Source: Eledone cirrhosa
Lineage: Eukaryota
Length of the DNA: 64,000 nucleotides
Assembly (NCBI GenBank): GCA_964016885.1
Contig: OZ024744.1
Span: forward strand, 69,812,001-69,876,000
Reading direction: 5' to 3'
Shown: positions 38,713 through 56,843 of the stretch, one piece after another
Layout: each line of letters opens with the position of its first letter
How positions within the stretch are numbered: position 1 is the first letter of the stretch
Translations under genes and position numbers: made by a program
The notes under the pieces: model-generated
Told to the model about the DNA's origin: nothing
Databases searched by the model: none
The model's input: only the letters and a program-made list of their open reading frames with translations

Positions 38713-38905
38713 AATATTTCCCTACCTATTGTTATCATATCTTTGATGCTAGAGCGAGAGTGTTGATATCCCAGGCGCCCACACAACACTCTAGTATGAT
38801 ATTACCACTTGGCTATATCCCAAACAACAACCAAAATTAGAACGTCTATTTATTCACATTTTTTTTATTTTCTCGTAACAAAGGTCAAATAGATCAAATC
38901 GTTAT

Positions 38906-38972
<67 letters not shown>

Positions 38973-39379
38973 CGATATCAATCTCCAGTAGAAAATCCTG
39001 TAATTCTGTTGCTGTGGTTTCTGAAGAAATGTCTGGGTAGTGAGCAGATGTTTCCGTCCTTTGTAGAAGATAGCTTTTCTGCAGTTCATTTCTTTGACCG
39101 GCTGCAATCCTGGGTCAAGCTGGATAAGGGTGGCAAGGATTATACCTGGTATCTCTAGTATTTTGTTTTCCTTTTCTGTTTTTTATTTTGCTGTTGTTTG
39201 TTTTGTTTTGTTGGGGGGGGGGTATATTTAGTCAAAGATGTGTGGGCAGTGTCCGAGGTCATTTTTTTCCGACCCTAAGAGACTGATAGGAAGGAAAACG
39301 AGCGAGAGAAACATCTTCCATGTTTGGCTCCACTATAAGCATTTAAGAGTTAGAAGGTTGTATTAAACAGGGCAACAGA

Positions 39380-39600
39380 TTAAGTCTACTACCCTGGGAA
39401 TTGAACTCAGAGCGCAAGGAGCTGAAACTAATACCGCAAGTAATCTCGTCCTGAATTGGTAATATAGTTTTATTCTATAAACTCCGAAAGGATGAAAGGC
39501 TAGGTTGATTTCAGTAGGATTTGAACTGAGAATACAAAAACCCGGGAAAACACCACGAAGCACTTTGTCATACGCTCTAACGACTCTGCCTTTTAGCCGC
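39380..39600 (-). mobile_element. Diverged SINE copies
   Basis: GGATGAAAGGC..GGATTTGAACT motif. Confidence 0.65.
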
Positions 39601-40429
39601 AAGATCCCAATAAGCATGATCAACGTGGGTTGTAAAGTGCCCATGCCTCTGCTGGCTTGGATCGAAAGAATGGATAGCGAAAGTTAGATATTTGTACAAA
39701 TTTCAAAAATCTTTGTAATGAAATTGAGACAAGGAAATTAACATTTTAGGTAAAGTGTACAGACATTGAAACGCTGCTGTAAACCAAGCGTGATACCTAC
39801 CTTGTATATGGGCCACCGAAGGAGGCACAATATGGTCTTCGACCTACTGTAAATAACATCTAATTCTGCCACAATTGAGTAATGAAGTTACTCGTCTACA
39901 AAAAAGAAGGAATGATCACAGCTGATCACATTTGATCATAGATATTCTCGATTAGAGTTTATCTAGGGCTAGCTAAACATCAACTACAATACGTATGCAA
40001 ATTATGGAACTTGTACCTGGTTGCTCGAACTGCCAAATATAGTAGTCAAATCACCCTCAAATCCTATCTAAAGAAGGAAGGAGATATTAGATGAAGTAGT
40101 GCTGAAGAATCGTTGTTTCAAAATCGGACTTAGCGTTACCCCTTGTCTCTTTGAAAGTAGTCAATCAATTTAAAGAAAAGTTGTTTCAATACTGGACATA
40201 TCGTTATCTAGTGTTCCTTTGAAAATAGAGTGAAGTGATTTGAAGAAAGGTTTTAATTCCGTGCGTACCGTTATCCAAGATTTGAAGTAACATTATCTCA
40301 AAACCTGGGGGTTAAAGTAATGAGAATATCTTGATGTCCGACAGCAGAGATTTTTAAAGATGGATAGATACACCGGTTCTCACCTGACACCAAGTTCTGG
40401 GCCTAAAGAGCGGTGGTATTGGAGCTGCG

Positions 40430-40800
40430 CCCCGCGGTCAATGACCAGCGACACCTGCAGCAACAGCCACCTCACCTCGCGTGCTCTCTCCTCAGACGGG
40501 CCGCCGACGCTCGGCAGTACGGTGTCCAAGTACACCTGTGGTCTCGATGGCGACCGGTGCGAAGAGGAAGCGACCGAACAATCCGCTGTACCGGGGTTTT
40601 TGCGGCCGAAGTGACGGAGAACGTGTCACATGTGGCGTCCCAGATGAGGGATCTATCTCCTTCGAATGGGAAAAGGGTAATAATTCCTTCGGAGCGCTTG
40701 CCGCTTCCGCGGTGAAGGCTTGCTGGCTCCTGTTGTGATGGGAAGCCAGCTGCGTCCAGGCTCCTTCTCGTTGAGAGCGGCATGTTGAGCACTATGAGCC
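40430..40800 (-). mobile_element. CRE-clade LINE endonuclease fragment
   Basis: QQEPASLHRGSGKRSEGIITLFPFEGDRSLIWDATCDTF resembles the CRE EP..GKRPDG..WD.T..DT motif. Confidence 0.8.
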
Positions 40801-40944
40801 AACTGTGTAAAATATGTTTTGCTGGGGGAGTTCTAATAAAACTAAAACATGTCATCTGCTTTCACCAGTTATCTTGAAGGATCTATGTTATCTAAAAAGT
40901 AAAACATTGCAATTAATTGATCTTATTGAAGTAGATTATATTTT

Positions 40945-41295
40945 ACGATCTGAGTTCAAATCCCACCGAGATTGACTTTGCCTTTCATCCTTACGGGGTC
41001 GATAAAATAAAGTACCAGTAATGCACTGGGTAATTGCTGGCCTTGTGCCTAAAGTAGAAACAATTATATTTCAAGTCGAGAAATTCCTAGAAGAATTGGT
41101 AGAGCGCCGGACATGATTCGCGACATAGGGTTACGGCCCTTTACATTCTGATTTCAAATCCCGCCGAGAATAACTTTGCTTTCATCCTTACGAGGTCGAT
41201 AAAACAAAGTACCAGTAATGTACTGGGGTCGATTTAATTGACTTTTCTTCCCCTTAAAATTGTTGACCTTATGTCTAAAGTAGAAATAATTATTA
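40945..41295 (+). mobile_element. Two SINE copies
   Basis: About 40945-41068 (5'-truncated) and 41093-41295. Confidence 0.88.
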
Positions 41296-42129
41296 TCGTA
41301 TCTGAATTTAAATCACTCAACACTGATCGATAAAAATTAATATTTGCAAGAAAGACGAAATCAAACCAGTCGATTATGAACGGGACTTTTTACCAAACTG
41401 GTCGTGAGATTGGTCACTATAGATATTAAATATTGTGACTGCTGTGTGCAACAAGGGATGAATTTATCTATATATAAATTTGAGCGATTTCCGTCCGTCA
41501 CACAATGTGTATGAGTGTGTGTGTGGGGGGGGGGTAAAAAGAAAGAAGGTGATGGCGAAAAAAACTATAGCAAAACAGCGGCTGTCGTTCCATTTGCTAC
41601 GCTGTGTGAGTGTATGTGTATCTGCTTGCGTAAATGTATGTGTGTGTGTGTGTGTGTTTGTGTGAACATATCTGTATGTTTGCGGGAATGTATGTGTATT
41701 TGTGTAAATGTATGTCTGTGAGTGTATATTTTTGTAAGTCTGTTTGTGTTTGCTCGTTTATATTCATATATATAAATATAATTCTTTTTACTATATATAA
41801 ATGTATGCATATGCACATACACACTCGCACATATATATAGACATACACTTCAGCGTATTGAAAAAAAATCTAGTAAATATAAACATTGGATTTATTATAT
41901 CCGAATGACAGAATGTACTGAGCTTTGTGATATATTGGCATACTTGGATTGGTGAAACAGGGTGTGGCCAACAACCACCTCACCACCGATAGTATCAGCA
42001 ACAATCTTTTGATTTTCGTTTCAAGATTTTTTAAAATCTTTCTAGCAGGGGTTCCTTAATGCAGGAGTCGATTAAACTTTGGAGTCGAAACCTGAAATTT
42101 GGATGAGAAATAAAAGTACATAAAATACA

Positions 42130-42260
42130 GAGCTGGAATGGCTCTTCCAGCGCGTCTCCCTCATCATCCTCTGGGGAAACGGCTTCTCTATTCTGTCCGG
42201 CGGGGCCGTGGGGCAGCCAGTGCGTGGTCCCCCATTTGCTGATAATAGTGAAAGAGGGGT
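42130..42260 (+). mobile_element. CRE-clade LINE extreme 3' fragment, possibly inside a decayed hAT MITE (42047-42582)
   Basis: ELEWLFQRVSLIILWGNGFSILS; flanking CAGGGGTTCCT.. and ..AAGTTTGAGGATCCCT. Confidence 0.6.
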
Positions 42261-42719
42261 GGGGAGAGCGATAGAGACGGAGGGAGGCAAAGACAGTGGG
42301 AGTTTGGTTCCTTTGTGTTCGAACCTGGTGTATACGTATATGTTTCTCGGACTCACACTGAGACTGTGCTATCTGAAAGTACTTGGTTCTTTAGATTCTC
42401 CCACTCGCAGATACAAATTTCTCATCCATATATTGTTTTATATAATAAGTCTTTATTTATTGTCTATTTATTTCATATTCTGTTTACAGATTTAGTTACT
42501 TATATATTTATTTTGTGCATACCTGAGTCGATTAGGGGTCAAGGATTCCAGGTCGATAGTCTAAAAAGTTTGAGGATCCCTAATCTATAGCAAGATTTTG
42601 ACTGCTGACAGCTTAGATAATTTCAGTTGATCGAAGTTTTCCAGCCTCTTATTACGTATGTAATATGTAAGAGACTAGGGCCACCATTACCAACACTCCT
42701 ATCACCAAAACTCCGAACA

Positions 42720-44325
<1,606 letters not shown>

Positions 44326-44666
44326 AATGAAATAGATCACTGGGGTTATAACACCATACTATGAAGAAGCACCAAGGCATCTCCCAAAACTAGAAGATGG
44401 AGTCCATTCGAACCGAACCGCGAGGAGATGCAAATCAAATAAGATAAGATAAACGATAGCCTACTAAACTCTTGTTATTTACTGCGAACTTTCTTCCTTA
44501 CGTTAAAGAAAAACTTCTCACAAATTTCGAATATTTTATTTTTTTTTTTTGCTTTTGCTTTTTGGCTTTTTTGGCGGGGGTGGGTGTGGGGGTTTCGCTA
44601 GTTCTTATCTCTCTGGTTCTGTGTGGCTATTATCTGAATAGATATCTACACATGTGCTAGAATATA

Positions 44667-44714
<48 letters not shown>

Positions 44715-44735
44715 GCATGTATATATATATATTTG

Positions 44736-46396
<1,661 letters not shown>

Positions 46397-46752
46397 AAGA
46401 GAGAGAGAGAGAGAGAAGGTGAAGTTAAAAATAGCACGGAAAATATATTTAAGGGTCTGTTTGTTTTTTTTATTCTTTCTTTGATTCGTCAAAGTGACAT
46501 TATTGAAAATATGAGAGGGACAATTCTTTTTTTAAAAAGTTTTATAATGTATATAAAGTATTACTGGTTTCGATGTATTATTAAAATTCATCTTGAAATA
46601 AAAATAAAAAATTAAAAAGAATTAATAGGAGTTAAAAACTAAAAATTAAAGATTTTAAATAAAAAAAATTTTAGTTTTGGGAATGTTTTTAAATTTTGAA
46701 GAACATTTTTTTTTAATTTCCTACCACAAAGGGACCTGTGACAGACAGGCTA

Positions 46753-46789
<37 letters not shown>

Positions 46790-46802
46790 CACCATCACAC
46801 AC

Positions 46803-47150
46803 TCGCAGACTGCACCAGGTTGCGGCTGCAGACCGACACTTTCTGCAGTCGCAACCTGGTGCAGTCTGCGACTGACCCAGGTTCTGCTGCACGTCGAGCT
46901 GAGGGGGCCAAACTCCTCAAATACCAGTCGCTCTCCGACAGGTTTACGGTCGTAACCCTGGCAGTTGAGACTTCTGGTGTCCTCGGCCCCAGGGCTACTT
47001 CCTTACTCACCACCATAGGCGCCTAGCTGGCCAGCCGCAGGTGTGAGCCCCGCGAGTTGGAGTGGGTTTTCCAGCGCGTCTCCCTTGCCGTCCTTCGGGG
47101 AAACGTATTCTCCATTCTGTCCACCGGGACTGTGGGTGGGCCCTATCGAG
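46803..47150 (+). mobile_element. CRE-clade LINE 3' fragment with 5' snap-back hairpin
   Basis: DTFCSRNLVQSATDPGSAARRAEGAKLLKY..LAVETSGVLGP; then EWVFQRVSLAVLRGNVFSIL. Confidence 0.82.
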
Positions 47151-47334
47151 TACCGCTGTAATTGTTGTAGAAGAAACAGGAAGACAACAACTGGAAAGTT
47201 TGATTTCCATCTTCCCATATAAGGAATTACCCCTTGAAAAGTTCGGCTATTTATTACCACGCTAAAAATTCTAATTTAGTAGAGAAATAGCCTTCGAAAC
47301 GGATTGAGCTCTGCCGTCGGGGTTAAACATTTTC

Positions 47335-47423
<89 letters not shown>

Positions 47424-47477
47424 CAAAAGGGATATTCAATATTTATAAATATTCAATATATATAAAACTAAACTTTG

Positions 47478-47538
47478 TATTTTATCTGATGAGAGCGTAC
47501 CAAAGTTTTGGTACCCTTGAAATATATATAGTAGAATA
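47478..47538 (+). ncRNA. Minimal type I hammerhead ribozyme (family C)
   Basis: UAUUUUAU CUGAUGA GAG-C-GUACCAA..UUGGUAC-C-CUU GAAA UAUAUA UA GUAGAAUA; between (TA)n tracts; homolog at 63534-63596 (-). Confidence 0.82.
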
Positions 47539-47578
47539 AATATGGTTTTATAAATATAGTTTCCATTTATTTAATATC

Positions 47579-47635
<57 letters not shown>

Positions 47636-47709
47636 ATTATAGAAATTATTGTGAGCAAGAAGCCAATAGTATTTCATAATATATAAGTGACTATATATAT
47701 ATATATATA

Positions 47710-50700
47710 CTAGCAGTTTAGCCCGGCGTTGCTCGGGCTTGTTCATTTGCTATGAACAGTTGCATACAGGTAAACGTAGCTTGAAAGCGCATGAGCTTAT
47801 CAATTAAGTGGATAAAGCAGTTCAACCGGTTATTAAATGTTACGAACCAATTAGCATTTTCGACAATCAATGATGGGTTAATAATCTTCCAATAACGAAT
47901 TTAGCAGACCAAAGTTGCAAAATGGTGTCCCTCATGCCGCTGGGGGTCAGATCTGTCCGCTATGGGTGACCCTACCAGTTTTCCAGACGGCATAGCTCCA
48001 ACACCTCCAACACCTGCACCAACATCTATAGCACTTCTTTGTAGACGATATTGCGTGTCATCCCTTGAGGAGTGTAAGCAAAAAGTCCATTCCTGCTTCC
48101 TATGCGGGAACAGGCAACATAAAGTTGGCCATTGGAGAAGCATGGCTCCCCCAAATAGATGCCCGCCACCGACAATGCTTGCCCTTGTGACTTGTTAATG
48201 GACATGGCAAAACATGGTCTCACCGGGAATTGGAATCGCCGGAAATCGAACGGGATATCTGACGCCGGGGGGAAAAGGTTCATCCTTGGAATGAAAACAT
48301 TCTCCCCTCTCCCGCACCCCGTTACCATGGTGGCCTCAATCAAGTAGGGCGTCAGTGACTTGACGACCATGCGAGAACCGTTGCACTGCTTTGGTGGACG
48401 CAAGTTCCTTATTAGCATAATGGGACAGCCAACCCTAAGCTTAAGAATGTGAGGTGAGAGCCCTGGGGGCTCAAGGGAATTTAATAACTCAACCGAATAA
48501 TTAATGATATCGTCGGGGTCTGACGTCCGGTCGATAGATTTGAAGATGTGTTCTTTACCGGGAATCTTCTCAATCAGACGGTCGTTCATAAAATTAACCA
48601 TGGTATTTTTCGGAGCAAGGATGGCTCTTTCGCTGAGCCAATCGAGGTTTTTAAAGTTAGATGAGACATTAGGAAAAACTGATTCCCAAAGGTCAGAAGG
48701 GCTGCTCCCAATGTTGCACATGGAGTCGATTGCTATGCCACCCTTGTCATCCGCAGGGACCTTGCCCTCACTAAGTGCTAAAATATTCTGAGCAAAATGC
48801 TGCAGTAATGTTGTCACCATGCAAATGAGCACGCATATTTGTGCTCAGGTACAAACTCTTCACCTGGAGTCACAACATGGACGACTTAAGGCAGGCACGC
48901 ACTTCATCAGCTCTTGTCCCTTTGGGAATGACAGGCAGCGTTTGCCGAAAATCCCCTGATAGCAGAAGGGTTACGCCACCCATAGGAGCCGTATAATCCC
49001 TAATGTCTTTCAGGGTCCTGTCCAATGCCTCAAGGGCACCCTTGTGTGCCATTGTACACTCATCCCAAACAAAGAGGCAACATTTTTTGAGAACCAGAGC
49101 TTCGTGTGAACTCTTGCTGATATTGCATGTTGGTGTCTCAGTTTTTACTAAATCCAAGGGTAGTTTAAAGGTTGAATGTGCTGTCCTGCCTCCCGGCAGC
49201 AAAGTAGCAGCGATCCCAATCGATGCAACGGCCAACGCAATTTTTTTCTCCTGGCGAATCTTAGCGAGAATCAATTTCGTTACAAATGTTTTTCCGGTAC
49301 CCCCAGGAGCATCGAGAAAGTAAATACCCCGAGTCTGATTTTTAACCGCGTCAATGATAGTTAAATAGGCCAACCTTTGGTCCGACAGAAGTTTGGGCTC
49401 ATTTTCCTCTAAGTATTGGGAAAGAGATTCGATGTCAAATGCGGTTTCCCGCAACAAATCCGGGGCCAACGTGTTAGCTTCCTCTCTGACGGTTGATGGC
49501 AAGCCATACGTCGCCAACTCACTCCCACCCATGTCGAGGAGGGCGTCCTCGATATCAATGAGTGCCCTGTTGTAGATAATGTCGCCGTAACCAACTTCCA
49601 CTGAAGTATACTGCAGATGAGCTAGGCGCAGGAAGTCCTCAGACATGAAGTCTCTGTACTTGACCCATAAATATTTGAGATCACCCAATTCACACTTTTG
49701 AAGCAAAATGGCAAAGAGTTCCCGTAGACCTTTAGGTGATTTCAACAACGCACTCTCTGCTAAAGTGGAATCCCATTGCGAATCATCTTCCAAAAGACCA
49801 CGCTTAAAGCAGGCTTCCCGGTACGTATCACATATTTCTCCATCAACAGTTTTGAGGTGCTGAAAACTTTGTGGGCCTACAACTTCATGCAGAAGAAGGC
49901 AGAGATGAAAGCACTCATGCTGACTTGGGGGCACAGTGTAAACCCTTCCAAGACAGCTGTCAAATTTTACACCAGGATGTCTTTCAGCAGCCTGACCTGA
50001 CTTTCTTCGCACCCAAGTGTTTTTCGACCATATAAAGTAGGATGGAACCTGGGAGTACACAATTGTTTGCGCAAATGTATCGAACTGGCAAAGTTTGAAG
50101 AAACCCGTCAGAGTGATCTCTTTCGGATCGGCGGCCAACTTGGCGGCGGTTTGGTCCGTAAAGTAAACCCTTTGCCCATTTTCCAAATGTACCGCAAGCT
50201 GTACGATGGCGGGGTGAAGTTGGTGTAGGTGTAAACCAAATAGGCACCAAAAAGCTTCATTGCTACTGATGTACCGCCCCGCCAGGTATTCTGTGACATC
50301 GTCGCTGTTATTTTCAGCTTGAAATGCGAACATTGCGGCATCAGAGCCCTTATTTAGATATTTGTATATGTATTTTATCGACTTGACGGAGTTGCAAAAC
50401 TCAACGTTGATGTGGGCGTTGAACATCTTCAAGATAGGCGGGCAGTAATGGACCACCCATCTATTGTCGACTTGACCTCCCCTTACTGTTGTGGTGAAAC
50501 CACCGTTCTCGGACCGTCTCCGCCTGTACAGGGGGTACCCGTCGCCACCAGTCTGAGTCTGGTCAACAAATATTTTTGGGTATCCCTTACTGCACGACCC
50601 CCCTTTCAGACACGTGTGATGCTCATTAGGACCCGACGCACACGGACCATGATAGCTTTGAAGATGTCATGTAATTCCTGGTCAGTTGCTGGGTTAGGGA

Positions 50701-51999
50701 TTTCAGCCGAAATGAAGCTGTCTATGGCATTTGAATTGATTTTATCAGCTAACCAAATCAAAATGTGAGCATGTGGCAGCCCTCGTTTTTGTCATTCGAC
50801 GGTGAACATGTCACATTTTACAGCCCCAAATACCTGACCTTTTTGATTAAAGCCATGAGTTTAGCCAGTTTCAGTCTGAACACTCTGGCAATGGGGTCAT
50901 GTCTGTTCGAATAATTTTGCCCAGGAAAAAGTTCACGGGTTACATTCCGATTCATAGGTCTATAGCATTAATCTGTTATATGAAGTGTTATTTTGCGGGT
51001 TGTTATTTGCAATAAGCCGATTGAAAATGCCCCAGATAAGCCGTATGCCAATACGGAACGCTCCACTGCTGTGTTGTCATATAGGCAGTGAAGAGCGACA
51101 GAGAGAGTAAAGCAGTTAAATTATAGAGAGGAGGAATGATCATGATCGATTTTTGCCCTTATTGTTGATTGATTTGAAATTTTTTGCTTCATGATCTTCT
51201 GACCAAAAGCAATAATTGTCCCGACTTTGAATAGGATCCCGTGAAAAAAGTTTTTTTCAATTTTTGTCTCATATTGAGAAAAACAAAGAAAGAAAATTAC
51301 AAAAGGACAACAATAAAATATATGTCTTTGTTGAGAATCATGTAAATAAATGCTTAAGCGTCGTTATTGTTACGTTTGTTGTTTTATAAATTCATCTGTT
51401 GCTTTTGAATATTTGTTATTTGATGTAAAATGTAAGTGTGTAAAATGTAACGTTGAGAGAGCAGTATGTATTTAGTGTTATCGGCTTTTTATATTTTGAT
51501 ATTTGATGTACGAGTGTCGTTATGACTGTTTGTTACTTAGGTTCCAAAGTTTGTGTCGCGTTTCTTCAAAAGAAGTTTTGTCGTTATTATAAACTGTAAT
51601 GGTGATAGTAGACAGAGGCAGTAACCTTTTAAAGAGAGTTGCAGAGGAGATTGAGGGGGGAGTAGAGAGAGTGATGAACCTTTTAAAGAGAGTTGCTGAG
51701 GATATTGAGAGTGGAGTAGAGAAAAAGATTAACCTTTTAAAGAGAGTTGCAACATGTATGTAGTTTCATATATTTTTGATGGTAGTAGTGAGAGGAATGA
51801 AGCGTGTAAGAGAGAGTGTTACAGCATGTATTTAGTTTTATCGATTTTTTTTCATAGAAGCAGGAAATTTTTGGCAAAAATAATTACGCATTGACCTGCC
51901 CTGGTAAATTTGGACGACATTGCAAAAAAAGTCATCAAAATCGGTAGAGAAATGTGGAAATACATAAAAATCATACACACACACAAACAGACATCTACC

Positions 52000-52010
<11 letters not shown>
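47710..52010 (-). mobile_element. Helitron, decayed and internally deleted
   Basis: 3' hairpin AGCCCG..CGGGCT followed by CTAG at 47710-47740; Rep/helicase remnants; 5' end ..TATATAAAACGGTAGATGTCTG merges with (TA)n. Confidence 0.93.
48026..50940 (-). pseudogene. Helitron Rep/PIF1-like helicase, frameshifted
   Basis: HUH motif VE*QKRGLPHAHILIW (about 50755-50805); HINVEFCNSVKSIKY; Walker A DAPGGTGKT; WDECTM; GDFRQTLPV; QFPVRPCFAMSINKSQGQ. Confidence 0.93.
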
Positions 52011-52096
<86 letters not shown>

Positions 52097-52268
52097 GTGT
52101 ATATATATAGGATAACAAGTTATCGTTATAGGTAATCCAGTTAGAGGTTGTGAGTACTCTGTACTGTGGATAGTTTTAACGTACGGCGTTGTTAGACTCA
52201 ACAAGATGTTTCCATAGTTAGGTAGCGAGTTTGCGGGAATTCCTATGCAGGTTATTCTTGGAGTAATA

Positions 52269-52369
52269 ATAGTGAAAGATTGAAGAATAACATGGTCGGC
52301 TGTACAACAAGGAGCTTTATTTCAATAAAGCCCCTTGTTGTACAACCAACCATGTTATTCTTCACTCTT

Positions 52370-52376
<7 letters not shown>
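52269..52376. repeat. About 52-bp-arm fold-back ending a (TA)n-flanked block (52108-52376)
   Basis: ATAGTGAAAGA.TGAAGAATAACATGG..GCTTTATT-C-AATAAAGC..CCATGTTATTCTTCAC..TTTCACTAT. Confidence 0.85.
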
Positions 52377-53342
<966 letters not shown>

Positions 53343-53343
53343 T

Positions 53344-53466
<123 letters not shown>

Positions 53467-53996
53467 AATGTATGTATGTATGTATATGTTACTGTTTGTG
53501 TGCATGTTTACATGTCTATGTATTTGTATATTTGTATGTATGTATGTATGTGTGTATGTGTGTACGTATATGTATGTGAGATGATGACCCCTTAGCCTTT
53601 GTCAAGGCAGAATTCTAGGAGTAGGAAAACTCTGATATAACACCTGCAACCCTGATGGTATCCAATGATGTTGACTTGTTCTTCTTTTTGGTAAATATCA
53701 TCTTGGTTAAGAGAGTGGGACTGGCTTTGTGCAGTGCCTTTGCTCACTATAAAAGCTTCACGGCACAGGCATTGCTTTATATCTGGAGATCTCTCTGCAC
53801 TTGTCATCACATGGTACCATGTGCCCAGCACTATGTGTCAATAATTGTCACAAGTGTAGTGTTTGTACCAGAGTTTTCAAGTCGCTGGCTGGACTAAAAA
53901 GTCACACTCGTTCAGCCCATTGGTAGGGGTTCTCCTACATGGATATAAAGTAGTGGCCATACTCGAAAACGAGTTGGCAGCCACCATATGTATGTC

Positions 53997-54123
<127 letters not shown>

Positions 54124-54302
54124 ACTAAAAGAGTTGGATCAGCCAAGATTACAGGAGTTCTCTCCCATGCTTACTTCTCTTACTTGAACACCCCCACAGG
54201 AAGTTTCGGTTGGCCGAAGTCTTTTCCCACTCGCCATATTCAGACGGGGCGAGTATTTGACTGCTTATATGTATTTATGTATGTATGTATTTATGTGTGT
54301 AT

Positions 54303-55632
54303 GTTATCTCTTTCTCTTAATTTCGAGTATTTTTTTTTTGACCGGCCACCTTCCTGGTGGCAAGGTTGTAAAAGAAAAGAAATTGTCATCCCTTGAATCG
54401 CAAGAATGTTTTGCAAATTTTGAAGGTGCCAGCTATCGCAGCCATTTGTAGACTATGAATTAGGGAGCTGCGCTTTTTGTCCGCAAATCCAAGTTCAGTC
54501 ATACTTTGGTCCAAGCGGGTTGGTATATAACCCGTAGTTCCAATAATGATGGGTATGAAGCTAAAGGTGTATCTTGGATACTGGATTTGTAAACTCCTCA
54601 TCAATGATCCGTAGATGTCCTCCTTCTCCTCTATTTTTCTGACAACGTTTACATCAAGTGGGCAGCTGATCTCCACAACAGAACATGTTTTCAATGTGTG
54701 ATCCCAAACAACAATATCAGACCGGTTGTGCTTTAATTTGGTGGCAGTTTTTATTTTCAGGTTCCACCAGTATTCCTTAGTGCCATCTGTCTCAATATAT
54801 TCTTCCTCGTTTGTTGTTAATTTTGTTTTCCGAAGTGCGTTCCAGATGGTTTTAGCTATCCCATCGTGTCTCATGGGGAGGTAGTAGCGAGATGACATTC
54901 TTTCGCAGCTGGCAACAATGTGGCTTACATCCTCGATCTTTGTTTTACATAGCCTACATTTATTGTCAGCTGCTGGCCCTCCTCTTTTGTGCAGCAGATA
55001 TTTGGTAGGGAGTTCTTGTTCCTGTATTGCATAGAGATATCCCTCAAGGTGTGATGTCATAAACTTGTCGGAACTCCATGCCAGGCTTTTTGAGTGGTTT
55101 ATCCCCTCTATGGTCTGTGTTTTACGTCTCAAGTATCCATGCACAACTTTTTCTGTAAATTGGTCAATTTGTTTATCTTGTTTGAACATTGAATAGGATC
55201 TTCCGATTTCTCTGGGTGAGAGATTTATATCAGGCTTTATTCCATATCTCTCCTCCAGATCAGTCGCTATTCTAATGATTTTTGTTTTTCATGCTCATAA
55301 ACCTGGGCAAGATGGTTGCCAACCTTTTTCCTCTGTTGAAGGTGTTGCTTCAGTGTTACTATCCGGGTCTCATATGTTGTTAATATTGATTTTAGACCCC
55401 GGCCACCTTCCTTGCGTGAGAAGTATAGCCTATCCACATCACCATTGATGTTAAAGTTCCCAGTAACACTGAGAAGTTTGCGAGTTCTAACATCCATCTC
55501 ACTTAGTTCTTGCAATGACCAGTTCAGCAGGCCAAATGTTGGCGTTAGAATTGGCACAGCATAAGTATTGTGGGCAATGTATTTGTTGTATGCTGACAGT
55601 TCTGATGACCATATTTTCTTTACTCTTCTGGT
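54303..55632 (-). mobile_element. R4/Dong RLE retrotransposon, 5'-truncated
   Basis: DVDRLYFSRKEGGRGL, AIQEQEL, CRLC..HIVASC, RHD, VVEISCP; flanked by (TATG)n. Confidence 0.9.
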
Positions 55633-55727
55633 GTATGTATGTATTTATGTGTGTATGTATGTATTTATGTATGTATGTATGTATGTATGTATTTATGTGT
55701 GTATGTATGTATTTATGTATGTATATA

Positions 55728-55897
55728 CCGTATTTCCCGGCGTCGAAGACGCTACTTTTCTCCTAAAATAAGTCTCAAAAATCTACCATGCGTCCTGGAG
55801 GCCGAAGGTTGTTTACTATTTTTTTTTTCAAATTTTTATTTGTCAAAATTAGGGTGCGTCGTTCAGGACGAAGCGTCTTCGGCGCCGGGAAATACGG
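55728..55897. mobile_element. Tc1/mariner-pogo type MITE
   Basis: TA-CCGTATTTCCCGGCGTCGAAGACGC ... GCGTCTTCGGCGCCGGGAAATACGG-TA. Confidence 0.9.
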
Positions 55898-56698
55898 TAT
55901 GTATTTATGTATTTATGTATTTATGTATGTATTATGTAATGCATGTGTGTGCGTGTATACATACGTTGTATATATGTATGTGTGTATATATGTAATGCAT
56001 ATATGTCTGTGTACACATATATATATATATATAATGTTTGAAACTTGATTGCACAAGAGTCCTAAACGCAGAAAATAACGGTTATAACAGTCGAAAGTTA
56101 TAAATAATAGTTGAGAAAATTGGGTAAATTGTCCAGAAGGGTCTCACACGACTTTTTTTCCGTCTCCATGGATACTTTTTTCGATATTTTTCAACTACTA
56201 TTCTTGAAATTGAGTTAGAAATTTAAATTTCGCTCGCTGTATTCCAAACAAAACGCTTACTGTGTTATTATACTTACAACAAATATATAGTTCCTAATTT
56301 GCATGAAAAGGGATGGGTGATGTATTGGCAAGCTATTTAGAACACTGGTTTAACTGCTTTACTTCCCTCCGAAGAAGAGATATTATCTCGAAAATTAAGA
56401 ACATTTAAATAAATCTAAGGTAAAAGACTAATTGTCAACAATATCTTTTGCATTTGTATTCTTTATTCTATGTCCATACCTGCATTGTTTTGGCTTTATT
56501 ATACATATACAAACGTTTATACCTCATTACACAATGCTTCAAGTTAACTATAACCTCCTCCATATATATATAGTGTAGGTGATTCGGAGAATTACTGGTG
56601 TTTGTACCACCAAGCACTTTATGCACAGACAGAGTGCATATTTTAGAAGAAAAAAAACGAGGAAGTTTCATTTACATCTATATGATATTTATTGTGTG

Positions 56699-56795
56699 TC
56701 GACCTGTTACGCGCGTTTCGCAGAGGATTGACTCAAGATCACCCATAGGAGTTATGGACCTGACTCCACTATCGATCTGCTCTTCAGACTGGCGA
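56699..56795 (-). ncRNA. Type I hammerhead ribozyme with long stem II insert
   Basis: UCGCCAGU CUGAAGA GCAGA-[about 50 nt]-UCUGC GAAA CGCGCG UA ACAGGUCGA. Confidence 0.78.
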
Positions 56796-56806
56796 TGTTT
56801 TTCAAA

Positions 56807-56843
<37 letters not shown>

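Noticed and set aside
48026-50456. Host PIF1 helicase gene
   Set aside because: Fused to HUH Rep remnants, bounded by a Helitron hairpin-CTAG end, and frameshifted
51625-51750. Three AACCTTTTAAAGAGAGTTGC repeats with short spacers
   Set aside because: Spacers resemble each other; an ordinary minisatellite inside the Helitron
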